64,000 nt of DNA, from contig NW_025765296.1 in assembly GCF_003918875.1 (NCBI RefSeq), positions 1 to 64,000 on the forward strand, read 5' to 3'. The stretch comes from Haliotis rubra. Lineage: Eukaryota. Below, one piece after another: positions 36,666-50,410 of the stretch. The stretch's first letter is position 1. Every line of letters begins with the position of its first letter. A program made the position numbers and the translations under genes. The notes beneath the pieces are model-generated. The model ran no database searches. It was not told the DNA's origin and saw nothing but the letters and a program-made list of their open reading frames with translations.

Positions 36666-37167
36666 TGCCTGTCACTGACACTCAAGTGAGAGATTCAGTT
36701 TTCACACTGTCCAGCATCGGCTCCGATACAGCGTTAATCAACATTATTATCGGCTGTCGCGAAATGACATCACGTCAAAACAGCTGACCACGCCAGCCCA
36801 GAGAGCCACGAAATCTGATACTAGTATTGCAAATATCCCGCTGAAAACAGTTTTCCTTACAGATAGCGCTTCCTTTTCATTGATGGGCGATGTGGAAGAG
36901 TTGCGTTTAAATCCGGAAACAACAGCGTTGTTATTACCGGGATAAACCTGAAATATTCTATCCCTTCCTTCCCACAGATCTGTCTATCCGAGATACACGG
37001 CGTTATCCCCTTCACATGAGTCTGTAGTCGGCATGCTGTTTTCCCCTTTCCAGTTTGTTGTGTGCAAGTTGTATGATTCATCCAAGTTGACGTTGATAAT
37101 CATGATTGTTACATGTTTTTATTTTAAAGACAGTTTTATTCAGTAAAAGGCCACTGGCCCATAATAC

Positions 37168-37336
37168 AGTGAGTGGTCGAGTATGGTTTTACGCCGCTTT
37201 TAACAATATTCCAGCAACATCACAGCAGGGGACACCAGAAATGGGCTTTACACAATGTACCCATGTGGGGAACCGAACCTGGGCCTTCGGCATGACGAGC
37301 GAACGCTTTAACCACTAGGCTACCCCACCGCCCCCC
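37168..37336 (-). mobile_element. tRNA-derived SINE family 1
   Basis: Matches family consensus. Confidence 0.85.
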
Positions 37337-37745
37337 ATAATACAGACAAATGCATGGTCACACATCACCAGTGTCTTCTGCTATTGATTCTAATTTGTAC
37401 ATAATATAAAATTAGACTAACATATTTAACCACATCAACATTGGTAAATTGCATGATATTTTTGTGTAGGTATATTACGTACAACACATGTACAACATAC
37501 ATTTTCAACATAGCGTACCTTGTAGATCCAGACATTTCTGTTTTATGGCATACATTTCAAAATGGCAGAGTATGACAAAAAAGAATTATGTAAAAAGGCT
37601 GTGGCATGAAAACCAGAAGGAGATGAAATTTTCATATCTACAATCTGTGTAGAGAAGATGCTTACTGACTTAACAGGAGCCTTGTGAAACTAATTTAGGG
37701 CCATTCATTTGCGGCTTGTTTCTGGCATTTGCATGTACTGACTGA

Positions 37746-37904
37746 CTGAGTTTGGTTTTACGCCGCTTTTAGCAATATTCCAGCAACATCACGGCGGGGG
37801 ACACCAGAAATGGGCTTCACACATTGTACCCATGTGGGGATTCGAACCCGGGTCTTTGGCGTGACGAGCCAACGCTTTAACTACTAGGCTACCCCACCGC
37901 CCCC
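37746..37904 (-). mobile_element. tRNA-derived SINE family 1
   Basis: Near-consensus copy; tRNA-Asp(GTC)-like head. Confidence 0.88.
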
Positions 37905-38094
37905 ATTTGCATGTGTATGTGTAATGTTTAGTAACAATAAAAATCAAGTTTAGTACATCGTTTTGTTTTCCTTTATAACCAAATTTGATATGTATTACAT
38001 TTGGTTCTTAATTGATTCCAGTTTTATATTTGATCCATTTTTATGAGATTTCATTTTTTCGAAACGTGCGTTTCTTTTGCTGTTCAGTATATTT

Positions 38095-40945
38095 ACTTTC
38101 AGGATATGAAGAAAACAGAACTGGATCAAACTTTTATCCAGCAAGTCTCCTGTGAAATGCCCGTTAGCTTTCATCTCTTCAAACAGGTTCATCCAAAACT
38201 GTATGCTTTGTCTTCTCAGAATGCCCCACCAACACTCAATTCTTTGATTATGCTGGCTTGTTCCAAGAGAAAGCTCACGTGACGATCACCTGTAGTTTCG
38301 CGCAGGACTTTTTGTAAAACGGCAACTGTTCGATTTGCAGTACCCATGTCACTGCGCAAGCATACAGGAGCGCCATTAGCATCTATGATAGCCTTTATGT
38401 AATATCCGGCAATAACCTTTGGGTCACTATTTGTTTTAGCAACTTCAAGCCAGATGATTTTGCGTGAAATCCATCGATACGGGCATTAATGCACAAACCA
38501 TAAGGTGTTAGTTTGTCATAGGAATCCAAATGCCACCTGAAGTTTTGGCCATTTGTTGAATATGTACGTCTCCGGAGTCTCCCTCCAAGACGTATCTCCA
38601 CACCCTCAGGATCCATCAGTCTTAGCAAGGTTCGCACAGTTCCCTGTTTGAGAACTAGTCCTGACTGGATGCATTTTTTTATGCATCCAGCAATAGCCAT
38701 GCATCTGTCCACACAACTGTAACTGGTTCCCTATGAAGTCATATACATCCAGCGATAGCCATGCATCTGTCCACACAACTGTAACTGGTTCCCTATGAAG
38801 TCATATACATCCAGCGATAGCCATGCATCTGTCCACACCACTGTAACTGGTTCCTATGAAGTCATATACATCCAGCGATAGCCATGCATCTGTCCACACA
38901 ACTGTAACTGGTTCCCTATGAAGTCATATACATCCAGCGATAGCCATGCATCTGTCCACACAACTGTAACTGGTTCCCTATGAAGTCATATACATCCAGC
39001 GATAGCCATGCATCTGTCCACACAACTGTAACTGGTTCCCTATGAAGTCATATACATCCAGCGATAGCCATGCATCTGTCCACACAACTGTAACTGGTTC
39101 CTATGAAGTCATATACATCCAGCGATAGCCATGCATCTGTCCACACAACTGTAACTGGTTCCCTATGAAGTCATATACATCCAGCGATAGCCATGCATCT
39201 GTCCACACAACTGTAACTGGTTCCCTATGAAGTCATATACATCCAGCGATAGCCATGCATCTGTCCACACAACTGTAACTGGTTCCCTATGAAGTCATAT
39301 ACATCCAGCGATAGCCATGCATCTGTCCACACAACTGTAACTGGTTCCCTATGAAGTCATATACATCCAGCGATAGCCATGCATCTGTCCACACAACTGT
39401 AACTGGTTCCCTATGAAGTCATATACATCCAGCGATAGCCATGCATCTGTCCACACAACTGTAACTGGTTCCCTATGAAGTCATATACATCCAGCGATAG
39501 CCATGCATCTGTCCACACAACTGTAACTGGTTCCCTATGATGTCATATACATCCAGCGATAGCCATGCATCTGTCCACACAACTGTAACTGGTTCCCTAT
39601 GAAGTCATATACATCCAGCAATAGCCATACATCTGTCCACACAACTGTAACTGGTTCCCTATGAAGTCATATACATCCAGCGATATGCATCTGTCCAAAC
39701 AACTGTAACTGGTTCCCTATGAAGTCATATACATCCAGCGATAGCCATGCATCTGTCCACACAACTGTAACTGGTTCCCTATGAAGTCATATACATCCAG
39801 CGATAGCCATGCATCTGTCCACACAACTGTAACTGGTTCCCTATGAAGTCATATACATCCAGCGATAGCCATGCATCTGTCCACACAACTGTAACTGGTT
39901 CCCTATGAAGTCATATACATCCAGCGATAGCCATGCTTCTGTCCACACAACTGTAACTGGTTCCCTATGAGTCATATACATCCAGCGATAGCCTTGCTTC
40001 TGTCCACACAACTGTAACTGGTTCCCTATGAAGTCATATACATCCAGCGATAGCCATGCATCTGTCCACACAACTGTAACTGGTTCCCTATGATGTCATA
40101 TACATCCAGCGATAGCCATGCATCTGTCCACACAACTGTAACTGGTTCCCTATGAAGTCATATACATCCAGCGATAGCCTTGCATCTGTCCACACAACTG
40201 TAACTGGTTCCCTATGAAGTCATATACATCCAGCGATAGCCATGCATCTGCCCAACACAACTGTAACTGGTTCCCTATGAAGTCATATACATCCAGCGAT
40301 AGCCATGCATCTGTCCACACAACTGTAACTGGTTCCCTATGAAGTCATCTACATCCATAGATAGCCATGCATCTGTCCACACAACTGTAACTGGTTCCCT
40401 ATGAAGTCATATACATCCAGCGATAGCCATGCATCTGTCCACACAACTGTAACTGGTTCCCTATGAAGTCATATACATCCAGCAATAGCCTTGCTTCTGT
40501 CCACACAACTGTAACTGGTTCCCTATGAAGTCATATACATATACGTCAGTATAGTTTTTCCGCCGAAATAATCCCAGTTGTTTCAGTAACCTTTTAAATG
40601 CCGTTCAGAGATGATTATCCTGTGCCTTCTGGCCAAGAGAGATGCAATCTGCTGGTAGGTAAAACCGAGATGAAAACACAGGCGTGTTATATCAGTCCTG
40701 ACATCCTCCATGTCTCCCATACGTGTCCGCAGGTGTGTTCTTTGCAGTGCGCACTTTGGTGTCCTGCATCATGCCTTGAATGAATCATCCCTTGCGCACG
40801 ATATCCTGTATATTCATTTCATGCACACGCTATTTAATATGTCGTGCGCACGATATGTTATATCGTGCGCACAATGTAGTATCTCGTGCGCACGATATAT
40901 CATTTTTTTAAATCCTCTCTCTACATTTCGTGCGCACGATATAAC
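38095..40945 (-). mobile_element. Defective DNA transposon with rve-type DDE transposase (IS3EU-like, tentative), CDS interrupted by satellite
   Basis: ATG at 40711: MEDVRTDITRLCFHLGFTYQQIASLLARRHRIIISERHLK/..GLFRRK. After the array: DPEGVEIR..RLRRRTY..NFRWHLDSYDKLTPYG..IDGF/SRKIIWL..RSDMGTAN..NQRIECWWGILR. Subterminal palindromes ATATCGTGCGCACGATAT at 40790-40945. Confidence 0.85.
38682..40540. repeat. 62-bp tandem repeat, ~30 copies
   Basis: Unit ATACATCCAGCGATAGCCATGCATCTGTCCACACAACTGTAACTGGTTCCCTATGAAGTCAT. Confidence 0.98.
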
Positions 40946-41479
40946 ATATTTCACGACACGCACGAGGGGTAACTCGTCCATAAATTCCATTGCTTTGTGC
41001 CTTCAGTGATTTTGTCAAAGTACAAGGTATATTAGTTAAATATGGTGACAATATTACAAAGGCTGGAAAAACTTGAGAGAACAGTGTAAAATATAAATTA
41101 AAAAAAAGAAATGCTCTACATTCACCTCTTTTCTTATTTCTTTGAGATTTACATTAATTCTGACTGAGGCGTCGATTATTTACAGTATTCTGCCACGCTG
41201 AGTGTGGCGTTAAACAAAAAATGAACGAACATTAATTCTGATTTGAAAAAAAAGACGGTGTGTCGCTCGCTCACTGGGGGAGTCAGTCTAAGATCACTGG
41301 TCTAAGGGAGGCAACTCCAATGGTTTCATGCACTTCTGTATGTTCTTCGTAGTTCACGGAAAATCTGCTGATTGGACTCATGTTGTTTCATGGGCCGCGC
41401 ATGAACGATTTTAGTGTCATTCTGATCAAGCTGGCTTAGTCCGTTACCTCGATAATACATGGATACGACACAATGGATT

Positions 41480-42170
41480 TTGAAGTGCCGTTCTGTTTAT
41501 GGTCAAAAGGGAAGCAACTGTACTTCTGGTTTACCATTTGCTGAATGGCTTACTTCCCTTTGTGATAAGGGACATAACTCTTGATTTTGTTGTACGGGTT
41601 ATGTCCCTTTGATCGAAGGTACACGCCATGTGTGGAATTTTAGACGGGACACTGTGCTGAGCTTCGACAGGGGAGATAACTCTTGTGCAAACACGATTAC
41701 TTCCCTTTGACCATATACTGCGACTTCCACATGTCTATCATTGGCTATCCACAAATTTTAGAAGAATAAGTATTGCACAACGCAGGAAGAATATTTATAC
41801 GTTTGCGATGTGTTATAATTCACGTAAATGAACCTGATACATGGCAATGATGAGCACTGCAAATCCTGTTTTTGACAAATCCATTTTACAAGGAAACAAA
41901 ACGCACATTAGAGAGAAGGTGCTCGTTAAATTTGTACTCACGTGCAAGCTTGATAGTGTACAATGATTACTGTTAATCATTTGTTACATTTTGTTAAACA
42001 GGCTTACCTCCCCTTTGAACAAGGGAAACAACTCTTGGTTTGCTGTACGCGGTTAACTCCCTTTGATTAAGGTAGCACGCCCTGTTTGAAGTTTTTAATG
42101 AGACGCTGTGCGGAGTTACGTCAAGGGAGTTAACTCTTGCACAAACAGGATTACCTCACTTAGACCATAA
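41480..42170. repeat. Repeat cluster built of inverted AAGGGAGATAACTC / TTACTTCCCTT motifs
   Basis: Multiple short inverted motifs; locally duplicated in copy A; single copy at 49555-49770. Confidence 0.6.
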
Positions 42171-44885
42171 ATAAAACCACTGATAACCTGCCTTTTGCTG
42201 GGCCAACCCTGCTGATAGGGGGAAATATATTCGAACGTGAACATGGTTAACGTAACTGAATCAGCTTAGCAAAGATTCCAATCCTATTTATGCATTGGAA
42301 GTTCAGGGTTTGAGAGACATAGATCTAGTTGAGGATTGAACCTGATATGAGGTTCATACATAGTGGGATGCCTTCCTCTATTTGGTTCATGGGGGCGAAA
42401 CCAGTAGAAGCCAATATGTGTTTGTAGCTCAAAAACATGTATTCTGGTCATGCAGAAAGGAAAATATTACCTTAATGTCATGTTGCTGCTGAAATATGGT
42501 TTCTGTGTAGACTTCATTGTGACTGAAGGGGTCGTCAGCACTGGCACTATATAGATATCTACCCCAGGTATGTTTCTGTATCTATAGTCTCTCTAAGTCA
42601 AAATACATAACCGTACCCAGTCCATGTTTCTAAAGTCAAATCCGAAACCGGTTCATGTAATAGTTCCCGTTCGCCTGATTGCGAGTGGTATTATTGTGTA
42701 CGCTCGTTTCATATATAATCGAATAATATGATCGAATCGAATAGTATGATAGTTTTGATCAAGAAAACGGTTCGGAATCGACACGCCCTTGAGTTAGTTT
42801 CTGTATTCTGAATTTGGCTGGGATACATATCTGTTGTACCCTTGCAGACAACAACCCCTTCAGCTTCATTGTACCGGACAAATTGATCAAAGTGTAACCG
42901 TGAGATGTTGTATATGCTTGACAGAAAAAAAAAAGAGCTTCCCCAGTTCTTGTGCAGGCGACTTGATGAAAGCCATTCAAAACAGTACGTTTGTAACTAG
43001 GGATTCCAAATCACGATGGCAAAACAATTCTCAAACTGTACATACATCCAGCAATGCCATAAAGGCAGCAAACTGGATTTTTTAAGAATTTTTGAAGCAC
43101 CAGCACATTTGGGCACAGGATGACGTACGGGTCCCTCGCCAAAGAGGTGAGCTCTTTTATGCTCGTTTCGATACTTACGTTTTTTTCCTCAATGTTCAAA
43201 ATGTTTTTCAGTGCTTTGAGCAGGCTGATAAATTATAATCATACATATGGTGTTCTCAAACCGTTTCTCGCTATGAAGACACGTAAGGAATGCGGCAGAG
43301 GTCGTTTATATGGATTAAATTAAACGGACACAGAGAAAACATGCGCGCCATACATAGTCAGGCTTCATTAGATTTCCATAACACTGTCCTGTTCTCAAGA
43401 CTATTGCCTTCTCACATCAAGTTGAAAGAGAGAAATATGAATCAAGTCGGGCGAATGAAGTTATTGATTATCAGTGTTATTTGTATATTGCGGATGGGGT
43501 CTTGTGCTGATGTAACTGCAATTGTCTTCGGGATAACACTATGTTATCATATTTGAACTGTGTATTCAACATCAGGGTAACTCCAAGTACCATATTTTCA
43601 CGCCTCACTGTCAGAAGATTCTACCACCGACTTTCTACTCTTGAAACAAACGATATACATGTATCCCCTAAAACATACAGGGAGTATGGACATGTTCACA
43701 TGAGACCAAGGCACCAATGGTCTGCTTGAGTTATCCAGATTCATGCCAATAACGATCCTTGATAGTCAGCAGCATGTACGTGTTTTGTTGGTTTATCGAA
43801 GTGTTAAAGGCTCTGTAACTGAAGTACTGCTAAAATCATTATGATTCGCACTGAAGCTGAAGGTCTTTCCCGGGCACAGACAAGGGAGGCCGTAATCTAC
43901 AATCTGGTGTCCAGTTGAGGCCAAGGCTTAGACATTGAATGTGTGCTTTTTCTGAAATTTAGGCATTCTCTGTGTGAAAGTGTAAAACGGCTGTCTTAAT
44001 CTACACAAAAACAACGCATTGATTCGATTGATGACGTGGTTTTTGAGGGATTGAATTTCAAGCTGTTTTAAATGACAATGTTCTCCCATTTGTAGATAAT
44101 GATAATGTGCCCTTGCCAAGCCCCCTTTCAATGTTCTCCCATTTGTGACGGAAAGGAATTACTGTCAGTGCTGATGATTGTAACTGATACAGGTTTGTTT
44201 GTTCTTTGATGCAGCAGCTCTGCTGTATTCTAATATGATGACAACCTTCGGAAACAGTAATTAAGTGTGGAGGACACAATTCAGCATTTGATCACATGCG
44301 CAAGCATCAACACCTTCCATAGGAAGACAAATAATCAACGAAGTCATCCAATTACCCAGTTAGATCCAATTCTGATAGTCACCACTGATGACCTTATCTG
44401 TGAGATTCCCAATAGGAAACTGTTCTGCATTTAAATGTGAATGTCCTGACAGGGAAAAGTGGTCGTGGAAATGTCATTCTACATTGTGTGTCAATTTACT
44501 GCACTTATATATCAGGTGCTTGACTGCTTGGACTAAACCTGACTAATGATGGTTACAGAGTGCCAGCCAACTGAGACATCATGCTGAAGTTAAACATGGA
44601 TGCCCCAGACAAACTATACTTGCACCAAGTGAACCATCCCTCCTTTAATATCCCCCCTTCATGCCAAGCACTAGGCAGTCCCATTTTGATGTCTTGGTAT
44701 GAGTGAGTGAGTTTAGTTACCCCACACTCAGCAATATTCCAGCTATAAGGCGGCAGTCATTAACTGACATGCAATTAATTGAGTCTGGACCACACAATCC
44801 AGTGATTAACAATATGAGCGTCGATCTACTACGCAATTCGGATACGATGACGTGTCAAAGACGTCAGAGAGGCTGACCACCCGAT

Positions 44886-45420
44886 CAGAGTTTCAAATTA
44901 ATGTTCGTCCTCATGCCCGAAGCCAACTCAAAACCTCTTGGACCCACAGCTTTTGTTTTCTGCAGGTCCTTATGGCCAGCAGCTTTTTCATCCCCAATAA
45001 CTAATAGTATTATCTTTGCAGAAAATGTCATTCAGTAATTTCTAGATTTTATCTCGATCAGCAGCTGTTGTCTGTAAGTTAAAAGACTATCGTTTTCGAG
45101 GAATTTAGATTTCTGAGATATGATGGTTTAACCTCAAACACGTTATCCGAATGCATTACAAACTCTATACACTGACAGGGAATCGCTTCCAGTTCATTTA
45201 TAATGGTAGACGATACATGGTTTTGTAAATGAAGACAAGTCAGTCACTAGAGTTAAATTAAACTCTTTAACTCTGTTAGTTGTCACATTTTTTGTTTGCT
45301 GGGAATTACTTATATTGTTGCTAAAATATTGGGCTCACATATTCTCATCAGGACCCACAACTTTTTTATGGGTCTGGGTCCTTAGGGCCTGTAGCTTTTC
45401 AGGGTTAAGGGCAAACACTG
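44886..45420. mobile_element. hAT-type MITE inserted in a SINE
   Basis: Termini CAGAGTTT../..AAACACTG; perfect 8-bp TSD CACCCGAT at 44878 and 45421. Confidence 0.85.
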
Positions 45421-45812
45421 CACCCGATCCTGTTAGTCTTATAGCACGGATGGGTTACTGAAGATCAATTATAACCTGGATATCTTGGTATGACATGGCC
45501 AGTGTCGAACCACTGATCTTAAACTCTTTTGGCAAACACTGTATCTGCTAGACCATGCAGGGCAGATGCTATTTCAGTATTTAAAGCACCGAAATCTTAT
45601 ACATTTGAAACAAATGACATAATGACCAGTTATCGAATACTCGGTAGTCCTAACATCAAATATTACCAACACAGGAATAGAGCCCTAATTTTGATCATCT
45701 CCTACATCATTAAAGAACAACAAGACTGAAAGTGTAAGATAACTTTAATGGTACTAAATGTAATAAATAATAAAAAATATGTGTATAAAATGCATCAAAT
45801 AAGTCCATAAGC

Positions 45813-47099
45813 TCAGTAGTCATCATCGCTGCTGTCATCATCACCAGGATTTTTACCCACTGATCAGGCTCCAAATATGGTTTTCTTTGAAATATCCTGG
45901 TCCTCAGGTACATCTATCACACCTGTAAAAGGAAAATCTAAAATAACTCCATGGCACTCAGCGCTAACTGTGTGAATTAACAATTAAAGCACAACATTCA
46001 TACCACCAATCACTTTTCACAGCATTCATGTACAATCTTCAATATACATTGTAATATATTCTCCTTTTCATACCACCAACGTTTTTAGTTTGGGTGTAAA
46101 TAGAATTACCACGGATTTCCATGCATCTGATCATATTCTTTTTTGTTCAACCAATAAAATGAGGAAATTTGGTTTAGTTATTTTCAAACTTCGGGATCAC
46201 CTTCTTTCTCAAAAGGAAAGATGCCATGAAAACTCTGATAGTCATATTTTTGTCTTTTCAAGAATTACAGCAATGTACAAATTTGAACCAATAACGTGAA
46301 GAGTATTGGAAGAAATGTCTAAAACTTTCAAAAACTCCTTCATTAACTAAAGAAGTGGTGTGTGATGTGTGTGTGGTGGAAACTGGTTACCTGACTTTCC
46401 TAGCCGACTCTCCAAGACTTCAGTCACGAATGTATGACTGCTGCCAAGCTCTTCAAAACCAATAACCCTGTAAACAACAGAAAAATATGTGTTGAAAGGC
46501 ACCCGTGTTATTATATCCATATGTCATACAGACATGGCCCACTCAAATGTCAGCATGTATAGAACTCAAACATAAACAAAATAATACAACTGCGGTACTT
46601 ACCTTTTGGGAAAGAGAAATAACATTCGGAACTAAAGCATGGTGATATTAAGGTTTCTAAAGATACATGTGTCCATTACTGTGACAGTTCACATGAAATG
46701 ATCATGTTTAAAGTGCACACTGTTTCTATCAAATTTCCTCAGATGCCTTCATTATCCATATTTGTTCATATGTACATTCCCTGGAAATTGATAGGAAGCT
46801 GATAGGTAATAGCATTTGTCAAGCACCTGTTCACACTCTAAATCAATGAGTTTCAGGCCGACTTACATTACCAGCAAGCACTAAGCACTAAATTGAATTA
46901 TAATTTGATCTGATTTAGTATTGTAACCTGCAAACTTGTCTGTGGTGTTTAGCAGTTTCATGGCTTACCACCACAATTAAGCACACATATGCACACAAGT
47001 AAAGTCATGTTTTTTAGCACAAAAGTAGCAACTCAAAGTACATGACTAAACCACACACATGCACGCACACGAACGTACTAGCACGCATGCATGCACACA

Positions 47100-47138
<39 letters not shown>

Positions 47139-48904
47139 CACCAGTCCAGTAGATAAGTCATTAACATCACACTCTATAAATATGATGTATTTTGATATAA
47201 AAAATGTCCATTTGGAAATCTTTATATGAAATCTACTTGCACCAATTACTAACAACCAAAAATGAGCAGAAAGTGTCCATACAATGAAAAAAAACCTGTA
47301 TGCTGATTGTGAGTTTAAAGCACCCCTTGCTGTATTTGGCAAGAACTGTGCAATAGATATATAATAAATCACCAATCAAACTGCAACAACAGGGTAAGCA
47401 TAGGGTTTGAAAAGAACTTTTAGAGATGATCATAGGAAGGTCTTAAATTGTCATTTTCTTACACTTCAACAGTTTTACAACTATTTGCATGTGAAATACA
47501 AACATGCTTGATTATGTCCAAGAAAGTTCAACAATGCCACATGATCATAACAAGTAATTAAAACTTTGCAGCTGATTTTGCATACCTCGTTGGCATGATG
47601 TCTGCTTCAATGAAGAGTGTTCTTACAAATGAATGTGATTTAAACAGGGATGACCTTTGCCTTGAGTTTGACTACAAGTGCCTTGAGAAATCCATGGAAA
47701 GGCCTTGACTTAGTTCAGGACAAATCTGCCCCAACCCTGGACACACATTTTCCACACCAAATGAAACCAGTTTTTAAACTAGCTACTAAGAGTCATGCTA
47801 TTGTGAGTCTATAAACAGATAATGGCAATTGACACAGACAACCTACATTCATCACGATGATCTACATGTAGCTCAACAAGGTTCTATAAGATTCCTGTAA
47901 TGAAAATTAATGATGCTGCAATATGGTAGATCTCCACAATTTGCCGTATTTTAGTACAAGCAGGGTGTGTTCCACTTTCTTGCCACTCACCTGTCTACTA
48001 TGATGCCCTTCTTGAAGCAGTAAACAGCTGGAAGAACTTGGATCTTCAACCTTTCCAGCAGGTACCTGGCAACATCTACATTCAGCTTAGCAAACTTGGT
48101 CTCAAAGTACTCCTGGCCAGAACCTGAAAAATAACGCTGATGTTAAAACTTCACACACAAGTGATAGATCAAGAATAGAAACTGCACCTAAAATGACTTC
48201 ATGTCTAGTAATGCCAGACCCAATTGTTTTCTTGTTTAACATGCTACCTTGGTGATTATAAAGAAGTCTATTTCTGGATATCGGTCAAACATAAAGCACA
48301 GATATACTTGAAATAAGAAACTTTATGTTACTTTTAGCAATATTGTAGCAATACACCAGGCATGGGCTTCACAACATGACACCATGTTGGGAATTGAACT
48401 GGGGCCTTCAGTGTGACTAGCAAATGCTTAAACCTCTCACCTGCCCCACCGTCACAATGAACTAAGAATATTTCAAACTACATTTAGTTCGATGGATAAC
48501 CGTGGTGCTTATACTAGTGGTCTGTAACATTATATACTAACAAGCAATGGTATTAATTGAACATTTCTTTTCTCACTGTTGGCTCATACATTAAAAAAAG
48601 AGAACAAAGGATTTATTTACTAATTACCAGCTCAACACAAGTTAGAATTTAGATTTAAGGTTAACATCGAGGAGTAAATGTTGTCCAAAACAGTAACATT
48701 GATTTCCAGTAATAACTGAAACATGCAAATCAAGTTGTCCTGTGAACTTGTTAAAAATCTAGAATACTTGCTTTAATTGTTAATCTTACCTCTAAATGTT
48801 GGTCAATTATTGCACATCTGCAGAAGTCTGCATGATAGAAGTGGACAACACAACGGTCTACTGCGGTACCCAGTTCAAGGAAAGCCTTCTCATCAGTCAG
48901 CTCC
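45813..48904 (-). pseudogene. TXNDC9: Partial duplicate of TXNDC9 (exons 3-6 only), disabled
   Basis: Exons 48790-48904, 47991-48123, 46391-46467, 45813-45922. Exon-3 acceptor AG>TG; 1-nt deletion early in exon 4; CGA>TGA at 45864-45866; exons 1-2 absent. Confidence 0.9.
47103..47136. repeat. (CA)n microsatellite
   Basis: Long in copy A, short at the paralogous site ~55686. Confidence 0.9.
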
Positions 48905-49887
48905 CATTCAAAACAACATTGAGCAAGGGAAATAAGCCATATTTGAAATTACTACACATAGCACCTTTAGCTTCACTTTACTGCCCTATTCTATATTTCA
49001 TTTACACCATGTACACATGTATGTAAACAAGAATTTTGTTCAGCTTCTACATTAATTTATTAATTTCCACCTTTGTTGTGTTAATTATCACCACTGATAA
49101 TTATAGTTAATTATAATCATAGTTTACAACATGCACGAAAAGAATGGTAACTTGTCCATAAATTCCCATGCTTTGTGATTTCGTCAAAGTACAAGGTATA
49201 TTATTTAAATATGGTGGCAATATTACAAAGGCTGGCAAAGTATTCCGCCATATTGAAAATCGCTGTTAAACAAAAAACGAACGAGCACTTAATAATTCTG
49301 ATTTGTAAAAAAGACAGTGTCGCTCACTGGTGGAGTCTGTTGGGTTACTGGTCTAAGGGAGACAACTCCAATGGTTTCATGCACTTCTACATGTGTTGCG
49401 TAGTGAACGGAAAATATGCTAATTGAACACGGGTGTTATTTCATGGGCCGAGAACGAACGATTTTAGTGTCATGCTGATCCAGCTGCCATAGTCCCTTAC
49501 GGTGGCTTACCTCGATAATACATCGGACACAATGGATTTTGAAGAGCCGTACTGGTTTATGGTCAAAGGGAAGTAACTGTACATCTGATTTACCATTTGC
49601 TAAACGGTTACTTCCCTTTGTGATAAGGGACATAACTCTTGATTTTGTTGTACGGGTTATGTCCCTTTGATTGAAGGTACACGCCACGTGTGAAGTTTTA
49701 AGAGAAACGTTGTGCGGAGCTTTAACAAGGGAGATAACTCTTGTGCAAACACGATTACTTCCCTTTGACCACACACATGTACATGTATTGTATTTTGAAG
49801 TTCAGGGTTTGAGAGACACAGGTCTCTAATTGAGGATCGAACCTCGTATGGGCTTCATACATATTAGGATGCCTTCCTCTATTTGGT

Positions 49888-50135
49888 GACCCGTGAAGGT
49901 CCGAGTTAGAATATTGATCTTCAGTAACCCATGCTTGTCGTAAGAGGCGTCTAACGGGATCGGATGGTCAGGCCCGCTGACTTGGTTGACACATGCCATC
50001 GGTTCCCAATTGCGCAGATCGATGCTCATGCTGTTGATCACTGGATTGTCTGGTCCAGACTCGATTATTTACAGACCGCCGCCATGTAACTGGAACATTG
50101 CTGAGTGCGGCGTAAAACTAAATTCACTCACCCGG
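49888..50135 (+). mobile_element. SINE family 2, full copy with 13-bp TSD
   Basis: TSD TCCTCTATTTGGT at 49875 and 50136; empty site in the paralog at ~42375. Confidence 0.92.
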
Positions 50136-50410
50136 TCCTCTATTTGGTTCATGGGGTCGAATTCAGTAGAAGACCTGACAATATGTGTTTGTAGCTAATT
50201 TAAGACACATATGTTCCAGTCGTGCAGAAAGGAAAATATGACATTAATGTCATTTAACTGCCAAATATGGTTTCTGACTAGACTTTGTTGTGGCTGAAGG
50301 GGTCGTCAGCACGGGTACTATATAGATATTTATACCCCAGGTATGTTTCTGTAGAGTCTCTCTCCGAGTCCATGTTTCTAAAGTCAAATCCGAAACCGGT
50401 TCATGTTTTA

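Larger units (their letters stand above)
40960..49007. repeat. Segmental tandem duplication, copy A (paralog of ~49125-57530)
   Basis: Collinear homology from GTAACT.GTCCATAAATT / GTCAAAGTACAAGGTATATT to TATTCTATATTTCATTTACA in both copies. Confidence 0.92.

Noticed and set aside
36857-37081. 74-aa ORF upstream of FANCE with GTAAGG donor
   Set aside because: No recognisable homology; it may be UTR or promoter sequence, and there is not enough support to call it.
37830-37904. tRNA-Asp gene (also tRNA-Leu/Ser-like at 10810-10900)
   Set aside because: No proper acceptor stem; always attached to the same repeat body, so these are repeat heads rather than tRNA genes.
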